DNA from: Myxococcales bacterium
GTDB lineage: Bacteria; Myxococcota_A; Polyangia; Polyangiales; DASUME01
Length of the DNA: 64,000 bases
Reading direction: 5' to 3'
Assembly (NCBI GenBank): GCA_047601445.1
Contig: JASGJH010000001.1
Coordinates: forward strand, 6,432,001-6,496,000
This document shows, piece by piece, positions 29,699 through 38,857 of the stretch. Each line of letters opens with the position of its first letter. Position 1 is the stretch's first letter. The position numbers and the translations under genes were made by a program. A model generated the notes under the pieces. That model ran no database searches. It was not told where the DNA came from and saw only the letters and a list, made by a program, of their open reading frames with translations.

Positions 29699-30271
29699 AT
29701 GGAAGCACGACTCTCGTCAGTGTCCGCAGCGCGTTCTGCGCAGTCCAATCATGTGACGCTCGTGTCCTCACTCGAGGAGCTCGCGCGCCTCGATAGCCGC
29801 GCCTGCGACGAGCTGTTCGCGCGGGCGCAGGTCACGCCGCTGTCAGCGATCTCGGGACATCCGCGCGGGCGCATGCTCGCCGTGCCCGGCTACGAAGTGC
29901 CGCTGGTCGCCGGCTTCTTGCGCGGGTTCGCCGCCAGTGGGCTCAACCTGTGGGAAGGCAAGAGCTTCAGTGCGAGCCCTGGTGCCCACGAGGGCCGCGG
30001 CTTCAACCGCGTGCGCGTGCCCTTTCGACGCTCCGCGTTTCCCTTCCGCACCGCCGCTGCCGACTCGTTGGTCGACGGCAACCCGTGCCTCTCCATCTCC
30101 TACGACGTCCCGGAAAACCCAGCCTTCGCGCGCGCTACCTACGACGAGCTGCGCAGCGTGGGCCCCGGTCTCTATCTCGGGCGCGGCATGAAGATACGCG
30201 CTGGTCGCGCACCCAAGCTGTTGGTTTGGTTCGCGCTCGACACGAATCAGCAAGATTCCGATCCCCGTTAG
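29699..30271 (+). CDS. Conserved-looking hypothetical protein
   Basis: Globular-looking 3' part of ORF 29390 (WEGKSF, YDELR, GLYLG, WFAL). Start moved to ATG 29699. Confidence 0.6.
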   Translation: MEARLSSVSAARSAQSNHVTLVSSLEELARLDSRACDELFARAQVTPLSAISGHPRGRMLAVPGYEVPLVAGFLRGFAASGLNLWEGKSFSASPGAHEGRGFNRVRVPFRRSAFPFRTAAADSLVDGNPCLSISYDVPENPAFARATYDELRSVGPGLYLGRGMKIRAGRAPKLLVWFALDTNQQDSDPR

Positions 30272-30311
30272 TTGACCCTCTGACCCATTCAATGAACTGC
30301 CGTTCGGCACC

Positions 30312-31517
30312 ATGGAGCTACCCGCGATGATCTCTGCCGACCCGCGTGCGCTGCGCGCGCCAATCCGAACTCCCCTCACGCTCGGCGCCGCGCTGTCCAC
30401 GGCGCTCCTTGCTTCCGCCTGTGGCGACGACCCGGAAGCTCCGGGCAAGGCCACAGAGCTGCCTTCGCCGCTCGTCATCACGGCCGACTGGCTCCACGGC
30501 ACGCTCTCCTACGCGAGCCTGAGCGGCCTCGAGGGCACGCAGACCCACGCCGAGGCCGTGGTCTCCACCCTCGACCTCTCGAAGTACGTACCGGGCCCGC
30601 TCACACTCGAGTTCACGCCCGACAGGAAGAAGCTGTTGGTGGCGACGTCCTCGGGCTTCTTCGCCATCGGTGGCGCGGGCGGGCTCTTGATCAACGAGCC
30701 CAACATCCCGAGCGGTCCGGGCAAGTTCCTGATGGTGGACGTCGACGCCCAGGAGGTGGAGCACGAGCTCGACACCGGCGAGGGCCCGAACGGCATCGCG
30801 GTGACCCCCGACGGCAAGCGCGCCTTCGTGGCGCACTTCGGCAGCGGCAACATGGCCGTGGTCGATCTCGAGACCTTCCAGATCGTGCAAAACCTCGACA
30901 TTGGCATCTACGCCGAGGAAGTGGTGCTCGACGAGACCGGCACCGTGGGCGTCGTGGGCTACTCCGACGATGGCTCGGTGCGCACGTTCGGCGTGGCCGA
31001 CCCTGCGGGCACCCTCTCGCCCCAGGTCAAACTCGTGGGCGACTCCGCCGGCATCGCCTTCTTTCCGGGCACCAAGACGGCCTTCGTGGTGCAGGCACCC
31101 AATCCGCTCGGCATCCTGTCGGGCTCGGCCTCTTCGGGCCACACGCTGCTCGACGTGACGAACCCAGCGGCTCCCGTGGTCCTCGAGGACGTGCGCGAGC
31201 CCGCCATCGTGGGCGCCTATCCGGCCGTGGTCGCCGCCAACCGCGGCACGGTGATCGTGCCTGCGGCCCAGGACGGCAACTTCGGCGTGCGCGAGTACGC
31301 CCTCGAGAACAACAAGGCCGTGCTCAAGCAGGAGGTGCCCGCCGGCAGCGCCCAGTTCCTGGGAGCGCTCGGCTTCGCCTACGACGGCAAGGACACCGTG
31401 GTGATGGCGGTGCCGGGACAGCGGGCGGTGATCGTCACCAACCTCGACACCAAGCAGAGCCGCAGCATCGACTGGGAACAGGACGAGGCCGGTCCGGCCG
31501 ACGTCGTGATACGCTGA
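30312..31517 (+). CDS. YncE/YVTN-like beta-propeller lipoprotein
   Basis: Lipobox ASAC; GPNGIAVTPDGKRAFVAHFGSGNMAVVD blade. Confidence 0.8.
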   Translation: MELPAMISADPRALRAPIRTPLTLGAALSTALLASACGDDPEAPGKATELPSPLVITADWLHGTLSYASLSGLEGTQTHAEAVVSTLDLSKYVPGPLTLEFTPDRKKLLVATSSGFFAIGGAGGLLINEPNIPSGPGKFLMVDVDAQEVEHELDTGEGPNGIAVTPDGKRAFVAHFGSGNMAVVDLETFQIVQNLDIGIYAEEVVLDETGTVGVVGYSDDGSVRTFGVADPAGTLSPQVKLVGDSAGIAFFPGTKTAFVVQAPNPLGILSGSASSGHTLLDVTNPAAPVVLEDVREPAIVGAYPAVVAANRGTVIVPAAQDGNFGVREYALENNKAVLKQEVPAGSAQFLGALGFAYDGKDTVVMAVPGQRAVIVTNLDTKQSRSIDWEQDEAGPADVVIR

Positions 31518-31560
31518 GGTTCGGGCGCGCGTGAGTTTCTGCTCCGCGCGCCGTCTTTGC

Positions 31561-32085
31561 TCAGGCCGGCTTGCCGCCGCCCATCTGCACGCGCTCGCCG
31601 ATGAAGGCGCCGAACAGCGAGATCATGATGCCGAGCATGCCCGCCACGATGTAGGCCAGCATGGAGGGCTCGAAGCCTTCCGGCGTGATCGCGCGCAGGT
31701 ACGCGATGGTCGGCAGCGCCGCCAGGGCCGCACCCACCGCGGGCTCGAGGAACGTCTTACCTGGCGAGATGTAGCCCATGACGATTCCGCCGATAAACCA
31801 GATGAGCACGCTGATGCCCAGGCCTCCCAGACCCTGGGGATCGAAGGCGCTGATGATGAATGGGAAAATGACCAGCACCACCAGCTGCAACGCCAGGTAG
31901 ATGCCGCAGGCGATGCCTGCCCACTTCCACTCGAAATTCTCTTGTTCGAAGCGACGCGCGAGCGCCTCTTCTTCCGTGTATTCGCCTGCGCCGAAGGCTT
32001 CCATTTTTGCGCCGCAGGAAACACACCGGACGATTCCGGCCTGGTTCTCGAAGCCGCACATCGGGCAGGTGAGCGTATCCGCCAT
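31561..32085 (-). CDS. Zinc-ribbon membrane protein
   Basis: CPMC..CVSCG followed by four TM helices. Start moved to ATG 32085. Confidence 0.75.
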   Translation of the reverse strand: MADTLTCPMCGFENQAGIVRCVSCGAKMEAFGAGEYTEEEALARRFEQENFEWKWAGIACGIYLALQLVVLVIFPFIISAFDPQGLGGLGISVLIWFIGGIVMGYISPGKTFLEPAVGAALAALPTIAYLRAITPEGFEPSMLAYIVAGMLGIMISLFGAFIGERVQMGGGKPA

Positions 32086-32432
32086 CGAGCTTTCCTCTCC
32101 CCCGTATCCGCAAGATTTAGCGCGGATAGCCAGTTTGTCTCCGTCCAGACAAAGGCGCCTCGATTGTCGCAAGACTGTACGCAAAAAGGCAACCTTGCGC
32201 CGCGACCGGCCCCGAGACGCGCAGACCGCGCGTGTCCACGCCCTGTCCAGCCGGGGCCCACGACGCCCCGTTCCCCGTGAGCTAGCGCAGGTTCGTCATC
32301 TTTCCCACAGCTAACTAAGGCAGGTCGTTCACACGGGACGCGTAGTCAGCTCAAAAGGCCTTCTTTGTCCTCAATCCCGGGCTGCTTTGGTATTTCTCGT
32401 GCGCTTAATTGCGTTAGGATCGTAAGCCGGCC

Positions 32433-33998
32433 GTGAAAAGTAACGCAGTACCGCCAGCAGGGGCACCTAAAGGACCGCAAGAGGCGGCTCCCCCGCCAAG
32501 TCCGATTGGGCACCCGTCGCGGTCGGCCTGGACCCTCGCTCTGGCCTCCGTGTGTGTCGGAGCCCTGGCGCTGGCGTATGGCGCAGTGGAGTCCGATGAC
32601 GCCCTGGTGGCGGGGCTTTCCGCGCTGGCTCTGCTCTCGGTGATCATATCGGTCTACGCCTCGCGGCGTGCTCCCGAGGTGGCCGCGCCGGCCCCCCAAA
32701 GGCTGGCAGTGGAGCCAGCGCCGCCGACGATGCAGGCCAATCCCACGCCTTCGAATCGCGGTCATTTGGCCTCGGGTGTGGTCCCCCGGCCCGAGCTCGC
32801 GGTCACGCCTGGGGTCCAGACGGAAGAGGGAGCCCAGCACATCCAGCGGCTCGAAGTGGTGGGCAGGTTGGCTGGCGGCATCGCCCACGACTTCAACAAC
32901 ACGCTCACCGTCATTCTCTCCTACGGCGAGCTCATGAAGACGCGGCTGGGACCCGAGCATCCGGTCACCGAGCTGGCCAACCACGTCGTCGAGGCGGCGG
33001 AACACGGCGCGGCCCTCACCAAGCAGCTGCTCACGTTTACGCGGCGCCAGGTGGTCAAGCCCCGGGCGGTCGAGGTCCGGCAGTTGCTGGGGTCCACCGA
33101 GCGGGCCCTCGCCCGCGTGATCCCGCGGACGATCCAGGTCCACCGCAGCCAGGGCGAGGACGAGCTCTTCGTGAAGCTCGACGCGCTCCAGCTCCAGCAG
33201 GCCGTGCTCAACCTGGTGCTGAACGCGCGGGACGCCATGCCGTTCGGCGGCGACCTGTACCTGCAGATCGAAGGGGTCGACGTGCCCAATGGCAATCCCC
33301 ATGGCCTCTTGCCTGGGGCCTACGTGGTGCTGCGCGTCCGTGACACGGGCCTCGGCATTGCCCCCGACGTGCTGCCCCATATTTTCGAGCCCTTCTTCAC
33401 CACCAAGGAGCCGGGACGCGGCACGGGTCTCGGGCTCTCCAACGTCCGCGAGATCACCGAGGCCTCGGGCGGCCACGTGACGGTGCAGAGCGAGCTCGGG
33501 CGCGGCTCGGAATTCTCCCTGTATTTTCCGCGTGTCGAGTCGCGTCCCAGCGGCGTTCAGTCGCGGGCGCCCACGGGTCGCAGCCACCGCGCGACCCTGC
33601 TCGTGGTGGACGACGAGCCGCAGATCCGCGAGGTCATCCAGACCATGCTCAGCGAGGGGGGCTTCCTGGTGAAGACCGCCGAGACCGGCAGCGAGGCGCT
33701 CGCCCAGCTCGCCGACGAGCCCGTGGACCTGGTCTGCACCGACCTGGTGATGCCCGACATGACCGGCGCCGCCCTCATCGACGAGGTGCGCAAGGTCCAT
33801 CCGCGCTTGCCGGTGGTGGTGTGCTCCGCTTACGGCAGCGACGCCGACGTCAGCCGGCGCGTGACCAGCGGCGATGCCTGGTTTTTGGCCAAGCCCTTCA
33901 CGCGGACCGATCTGCTGGAGGTGGTGGAACGGGCGTTGGCAGCGCAGCGCAAGCGGGTCACGGGGGAAGGCGGCAGCCCGCTGTCTCAGGGGAACTGA
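32433..33998 (+). CDS. Hybrid sensor histidine kinase / response regulator
   Basis: AGGIAHDFNN H-box, NARDAM, DTGLG, FEPFFTTK, GTGLGLS; receiver LVVDD..DLVMP..KPF. Confidence 0.92.
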   Translation: MKSNAVPPAGAPKGPQEAAPPPSPIGHPSRSAWTLALASVCVGALALAYGAVESDDALVAGLSALALLSVIISVYASRRAPEVAAPAPQRLAVEPAPPTMQANPTPSNRGHLASGVVPRPELAVTPGVQTEEGAQHIQRLEVVGRLAGGIAHDFNNTLTVILSYGELMKTRLGPEHPVTELANHVVEAAEHGAALTKQLLTFTRRQVVKPRAVEVRQLLGSTERALARVIPRTIQVHRSQGEDELFVKLDALQLQQAVLNLVLNARDAMPFGGDLYLQIEGVDVPNGNPHGLLPGAYVVLRVRDTGLGIAPDVLPHIFEPFFTTKEPGRGTGLGLSNVREITEASGGHVTVQSELGRGSEFSLYFPRVESRPSGVQSRAPTGRSHRATLLVVDDEPQIREVIQTMLSEGGFLVKTAETGSEALAQLADEPVDLVCTDLVMPDMTGAALIDEVRKVHPRLPVVVCSAYGSDADVSRRVTSGDAWFLAKPFTRTDLLEVVERALAAQRKRVTGEGGSPLSQGN

Positions 33999-34166
33999 GG
34001 GCCTCAGAGCCCGTCTCATGACCTCCTCGGTCGCCCCGCGGGCGGAGCGGGCCTCCGATTTTGCCCCAATTCTGTTGCATTTTCGGGACTGTGCGGACTC
34101 GGTGTCGGGTTGCTCCGAGCGGGTCCCGGCGGTACACACGAGCCCCCTGAAAGAAAGGTGCGGCCC

Positions 34167-36038
34167 GTGGCGCGATTCATCGACGAACTCAAGCGAACTC
34201 ACTCCTGTGGAGGCCTGCGCGGTACCGATGAGGGCCGCGAAGTCGTGCTCTTCGGCTGGGTCCAGAATCGTCGCGACCACGGTGGCTGCATCTTCATCGA
34301 TCTGCGCGACCGCGAGGGCGTGACCCAGCTGGTGTTCGATCCCGGCGTGGGCGACGCGAGCGCCTTCGGCGTGGCGGATCAAGCCCGCTCGGAGTGGGTG
34401 CTCGGTGTGCGCGGCACGGTGCGTTCGCGCGGCGGCAACTCCAACCCGAACCTGCCGACCGGCGCCATCGAAGTGGTGGGCCTCGAGGCCACGGTGTTCA
34501 ACAAGGCGCTCACGCCGCCCTTCGAGATCGCCGACAACATCACCACCAACGAAGAGAAGCGCCTCGAGTATCGCTACCTCGATCTGCGCCGCCCCAAGCT
34601 GCAGAAGAACATCCTCACGCGCTCCAAGCTCAACCAGACCACGCGCGGCTACTTCGGCGACAACAACTTCGTGGAGGTCGAGACGCCCTTCATGGTGAAG
34701 TACACGCCCGGTGGCGCGCGCAACTTCCTGGTGCCGTCGCGCATCCACCACGGCAGCTTCTACGCGCTCGCCGAGAGCCCGCAGCTCTTCAAGCAGCTCC
34801 TGATGGTGGGCGGCTACGACCGCTACTTCCAGATCGTGCGCTGCTTCCGCGACGAGGACCTGCGCCTCGATCGTCAGCCCGAGTTCACCCAGCTAGACGT
34901 CGAGATGAGCTTCATCAACCAGGATGACCTCTTCTCCATCATGGAGGGCTACATCTTCCGCGTCTGGCAGGCCATCCTCGGCATCGACCTCAAGGAGCGC
35001 TACACGAGCGGCACCTTCCCGCGCATGACCTTCGAGGAGAGCATGCGCAAGTACGGCAACGACAAGCCCGACCTGCGCTTCGGCCTCGAACACACGGAGC
35101 TCACCGAGCTCACCGTGGAGCACGACGGTGGCGGCATCGGCATGCTCGAGCCCCTGGCCAAGAAGTTCCGCGCTGGCGAGTACCGCAAGGACCTGCCCGA
35201 AGAGATCGTCAAGGCGCTGGTGGTGCCCGCGGACGCCAACTTCTCGCGTAAGGACCTCGACGACCTGGAGAAGTACGTGAAGTCCATGGGCGCCGGCGGT
35301 CTCGCGCGCGCCAAGGTGGGCGAGGGCGGTAGCTGGGTGCAGAGCCCGCTCTCCAAGACCGTCACCGACGCATTCCGCATCGCCGTCAATCAGGCCACGG
35401 GTGCCCAGGAGGGAGCGCTCATCCTGTTCCAGTTCGGCAAGGCCGAGCTGGTGCACACCGTGATGGCGAACCTGCGTCTCTACATCGCGAAGAAGCTCGG
35501 CTACATCCCCGAGAGCGGCACCAAGGACAACGACTTCAACTTCCTGTGGATCATCGATCCGCCGCTCTTCGAGTACGACGACCAGGCCAAGCGCTGGGCC
35601 GCGGCTCACCACCCCTTTACGCGCCCGCTGGACGCCTGCGTGGACCTCATCGAGAAGGATCCCGGCAAGGTGCTCTGCTACCGCTATGACCTGGTGCTCA
35701 ACGGCTTCGAGATCGGCGGCGGCTCCATCCGCTTGCACGATCCAGACGTGCAGGCCCGGGTGTTCAAGGCGCTCGGCATCGAGGACGAAGTGGCGCGCGA
35801 GAAGTTCGGCTTCTTGTTGGACGCACTCAAGCTCGGCGCACCGCCCCACGGCGGCATCGCGCTCGGCATGGACCGGCTCACCATGCTGCTCACGAACGCG
35901 GAGAGCTTGCGCGACGTGGTCGCTTTCCCGAAGACCCAGCGTGCCAACGACCTGATGACCGGTGCACCCACGCCCGTGAACGTGGACCAGCTACTCGAGC
36001 TCAAGCTGCGCGTGCTGGCGGACGAGAAGAAGGAATAA
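34167..36038 (+). CDS. aspS: Aspartate--tRNA ligase
   Basis: RTHSCG, RRDHGG, RYLDLR, CFRDEDLR..RQPEFTQLDVE, GAD insert, GAPPHGGIALGMDR. GTG start at 34167. Confidence 0.97.
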   Translation: MARFIDELKRTHSCGGLRGTDEGREVVLFGWVQNRRDHGGCIFIDLRDREGVTQLVFDPGVGDASAFGVADQARSEWVLGVRGTVRSRGGNSNPNLPTGAIEVVGLEATVFNKALTPPFEIADNITTNEEKRLEYRYLDLRRPKLQKNILTRSKLNQTTRGYFGDNNFVEVETPFMVKYTPGGARNFLVPSRIHHGSFYALAESPQLFKQLLMVGGYDRYFQIVRCFRDEDLRLDRQPEFTQLDVEMSFINQDDLFSIMEGYIFRVWQAILGIDLKERYTSGTFPRMTFEESMRKYGNDKPDLRFGLEHTELTELTVEHDGGGIGMLEPLAKKFRAGEYRKDLPEEIVKALVVPADANFSRKDLDDLEKYVKSMGAGGLARAKVGEGGSWVQSPLSKTVTDAFRIAVNQATGAQEGALILFQFGKAELVHTVMANLRLYIAKKLGYIPESGTKDNDFNFLWIIDPPLFEYDDQAKRWAAAHHPFTRPLDACVDLIEKDPGKVLCYRYDLVLNGFEIGGGSIRLHDPDVQARVFKALGIEDEVAREKFGFLLDALKLGAPPHGGIALGMDRLTMLLTNAESLRDVVAFPKTQRANDLMTGAPTPVNVDQLLELKLRVLADEKKE

Positions 36039-36164
36039 GCTGGGCCGCCGCCCGCCGCTTGGATGACCTTTCGAGCGCAGCCGTGAGCGCAGCGCACCTC
36101 GCGGTGGGGTGGGTCCCAGCGCGGCTTGGCCGCGGTGGGCGGGTAGGGCGCGTGCCCTCCCCGT

Positions 36165-36644
36165 CTATTGTCGCTGCCGGCCGGACCGGTGCCAGAGGCC
36201 GAGACCGCGCAGGAAATTGCGCAGGAACTGGTCGCCGCAGGGCTGGAAGTTGCGGTGGTCTTCGCGGCGGAACAACGCGCTGAGCTCGGCCTTGGAGATC
36301 GGCACTTCGGCTTCGTCCATGATGGCGATCATGTCGACGTCCTTGAGCTCGAGGGCGATCTTCAAGCAGCGCAGAACATGGTTGTTGGTGATGCGCGTGG
36401 GCGGCGGCGGCGCGGGCTGTGACGGGTCCCGTGGGCCGCGCTGGCTGATGATGAAGCCATCGAGGAAGCGCGCGAACTTGGCATCCGACAGCGCCGCAAA
36501 GCCGGGCTCGTCTTCGTCCTTGAGGTGCGCCGCGAGGTTCTCGAGCGGCATCGCTTGGCCGGCTTCGGCGAAGAAGCGCGCGAGCGAGCCATTGTCGAGC
36601 TCGAGCGCGTAGCGCAGGGCGCGCAGCACGTCGTTGTTGGTCAT
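36165..36644 (-). CDS. DUF1456 family protein (YehS-like)
   Basis: MTNNDVLRALRYAL, duplicated TNNxVLR, ELSALFR, CGDQFLRNFLRGL. Confidence 0.88.
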   Translation of the reverse strand: MTNNDVLRALRYALELDNGSLARFFAEAGQAMPLENLAAHLKDEDEPGFAALSDAKFARFLDGFIISQRGPRDPSQPAPPPPTRITNNHVLRCLKIALELKDVDMIAIMDEAEVPISKAELSALFRREDHRNFQPCGDQFLRNFLRGLGLWHRSGRQRQ

Positions 36645-36659
36645 GGAAAGGTCTACGGC

Positions 36660-37289
36660 TCAGAGTTTGGGGATGCGGAGGGTGCTGATCATCAAGCTGC
36701 CACTGGCCGCGTAGGCGAGCACCAGGGGATGCATGCTCAACGGACCGATTTGCCACACGCCGAGCGGCAAGAGGTCGCCGATCTGCCCGCGCCAGACCAG
36801 CCAAGCGATGACGCCCACGAGGAGCACGCTGGTCGGGATGGGCGTGCCTTCGAAGTACTTCACCTTACCGCTGTCATCGGCGAGATCGGCCGCGGTCACG
36901 TTGAAGCGGGCGAGGCGGCTGATGCCGCAGGCCACGAAGTAGAGCAACACCACCACGTCGAGCGTGTGTCGCATGCCCACGGCAAAGGCGATGGCCGCCG
37001 GGGTCATGCCGAACGAGATCACGTCGGCCAGCGAGTCCAGGTCGGCCCCCAGTGCGGAGCTACGGTGACGCCAGCGCGCCACGCGCCCGTCCGCGAAGTC
37101 GAGGAACAGGGCGATCGGAGACAGCGCCAACGCGGTCCACAGCCAGCGTTGGTTACCCTCGGCGATGTACTGCATGAGGGCCAAGATCGCCCCCGCTCCA
37201 CAGAATCCGTTGCCGAGCGTGAGTACGTCAGCCAGGGCAAACGAACGGATCATGGAAAACGGACGACGGACCTCGGGCGCTTCGCTCAT
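36660..37289 (-). CDS. pssA: CDP-alcohol phosphatidyltransferase (phosphatidylserine synthase type)
   Basis: DFADGRVAR...GADLDSLADVISFG, RLARFN, YFEGTP. Confidence 0.88.
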   Translation of the reverse strand: MSEAPEVRRPFSMIRSFALADVLTLGNGFCGAGAILALMQYIAEGNQRWLWTALALSPIALFLDFADGRVARWRHRSSALGADLDSLADVISFGMTPAAIAFAVGMRHTLDVVVLLYFVACGISRLARFNVTAADLADDSGKVKYFEGTPIPTSVLLVGVIAWLVWRGQIGDLLPLGVWQIGPLSMHPLVLAYAASGSLMISTLRIPKL

Positions 37290-37382
37290 GAGTTCTCTGG
37301 ACTCCAGGGCGGAGCTTCAAGGCAGCCCCGGCCGAGCCCAAGCATAGCGCTGGCGCTGCTCGGGCGACCCATGGCTTTTGCT

Positions 37383-37775
37383 TCAAGCCGAGTGAGCCTG
37401 CTTGGGCTCCAGGATGATGTGCCAGGGCGGCAGCGCACGGCACAGGATGGCCACGGCACCGATCTCCCCCGCCTCGCGGTTCATCGGCTGCGCGGTCAAC
37501 GACACGTCCACCCAGCGGCCATCGGTCTTGGGCAGGCTGGTCTGGATGCGCGGGGTGGGGTGGCCCATGAACACCGCATGGAGGAACTCCATGTGGTCTG
37601 GCAGCACGTCCACCACGCGTAGCCCGCGCAGCGTTCCCATGGCGTACCCGAGCATGCGATGCATCGCCGGATTTCCCCAAGTCAGGGTGCCATCCGAGCT
37701 AATCACCATCACTGCGACCGGTTCACGTTCCTGATCGCCCCCCAGCAATCGATTGATAAACCTCTGCCTCGACAT
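37383..37775 (-). CDS. Stand-alone PAS domain protein
   Basis: NPAMHRMLGY...KTDGRWVDVSLTAQPM...GAVAILCR PAS/PAC pattern. Confidence 0.7.
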   Translation of the reverse strand: MSRQRFINRLLGGDQEREPVAVMVISSDGTLTWGNPAMHRMLGYAMGTLRGLRVVDVLPDHMEFLHAVFMGHPTPRIQTSLPKTDGRWVDVSLTAQPMNREAGEIGAVAILCRALPPWHIILEPKQAHSA

Positions 37776-37915
37776 CGCTTCCCCCCTGCGATTCCCCCTA
37801 CGACTGACACCTACATCTACGTGGGTCTGCTGAATCTCCCCCTGCCGCGCGAGCGCAATCGACCCGCATCGCGAGCCAGATCACGAGGCATCGCGAGGAG
37901 ATGCAGGTGGACTTG

Positions 37916-38857
37916 TCAGGCTGGAGGCGGCGCTTGCTCGCTGTGCCTGAGCACGCCTTCATCGCGCGCCGAGGCCGCGGTGAGCTCCGCGCCGAATAGG
38001 AAGAAGATGGCCCCGTAGTAGGCGCTCAGCATGAACACCACCAACGAGCCGGCTGCGCCGAATGCCGAGGCCACCACGCCGGAGTCCAGGTAGACGCCCA
38101 CCACCAAGACACCGAGCGCGAGGAACACGGCCGTGATGAAGCCGCCGCGCAGCGCATGGCGGAAGCCGATGCTCAGATCCGGGAGCACGCGGTAGATGGC
38201 GGAGAGCGCGCAAACCAGGGCGCAAAACGTGAGCCCGGCGTCGGCGGCGTGCCAAATCAGGGGTACGTCGGGCAGACCCAAGTGATGCGCGAGATGGGAG
38301 AGCGCCGTCTTGGTCACCGTGGTGACGGCGAGCAGCGCGCCGAGGCCGAGCACCAAGGCAAACGAGAGCAGGCGCTTCTTGACCATGCGCATCATCTGTT
38401 GGCGCAGGTTCTGGCTATCGCGCGTGCCCACGCGCCACACTCGATTGAGAGCGCTCTGGACCTGGATGAACAGGCGTGAGCTGGCGTAGACGGTGATCAC
38501 TGCGCCGATGATGGCGGCGTGCTTCGAGAGCCCGGTCGCCTCGCTGCGCCCCATCACGTCGCTCACGAACTGCGCCGCGCTGCCGCCAATCAACGGCTTG
38601 AGCTCCGCAACCAGCACACCGTCGAGCGCGCGACCGCCGAGTACTCGGCTCGCCAACGCCAGCGCCACGACCAGCATGGGCGCCAGCGAGAGCACCGCGA
38701 AGAAGGCGATGCCCCCTGCCAGGAGCTCGCCGTCGTCCTCCTGGAACGCCTGGTATGCCCGCACCAACTGGGCGCGAAAGTGCCTCAGCCAGCGGCGCAC
38801 GGCCCGCCATTTCCTGGCGGGGTTCGCAGCGCGCACCGGTTCGGGATACTCGATCAT
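37916..38857 (-). CDS. YihY/virulence factor BrkB family membrane protein
   Basis: AGGIAFFAVLSLAP, ALNRVW, IYRVLP, FGAAGSLVVFML, FGAE. Confidence 0.9.
   Translation of the reverse strand: MIEYPEPVRAANPARKWRAVRRWLRHFRAQLVRAYQAFQEDDGELLAGGIAFFAVLSLAPMLVVALALASRVLGGRALDGVLVAELKPLIGGSAAQFVSDVMGRSEATGLSKHAAIIGAVITVYASSRLFIQVQSALNRVWRVGTRDSQNLRQQMMRMVKKRLLSFALVLGLGALLAVTTVTKTALSHLAHHLGLPDVPLIWHAADAGLTFCALVCALSAIYRVLPDLSIGFRHALRGGFITAVFLALGVLVVGVYLDSGVVASAFGAAGSLVVFMLSAYYGAIFFLFGAELTAASARDEGVLRHSEQAPPPA

Noticed and set aside
32346..34751. 801-aa minus-strand ORF
   Set aside because: Antisense to the hybrid kinase and aspS.
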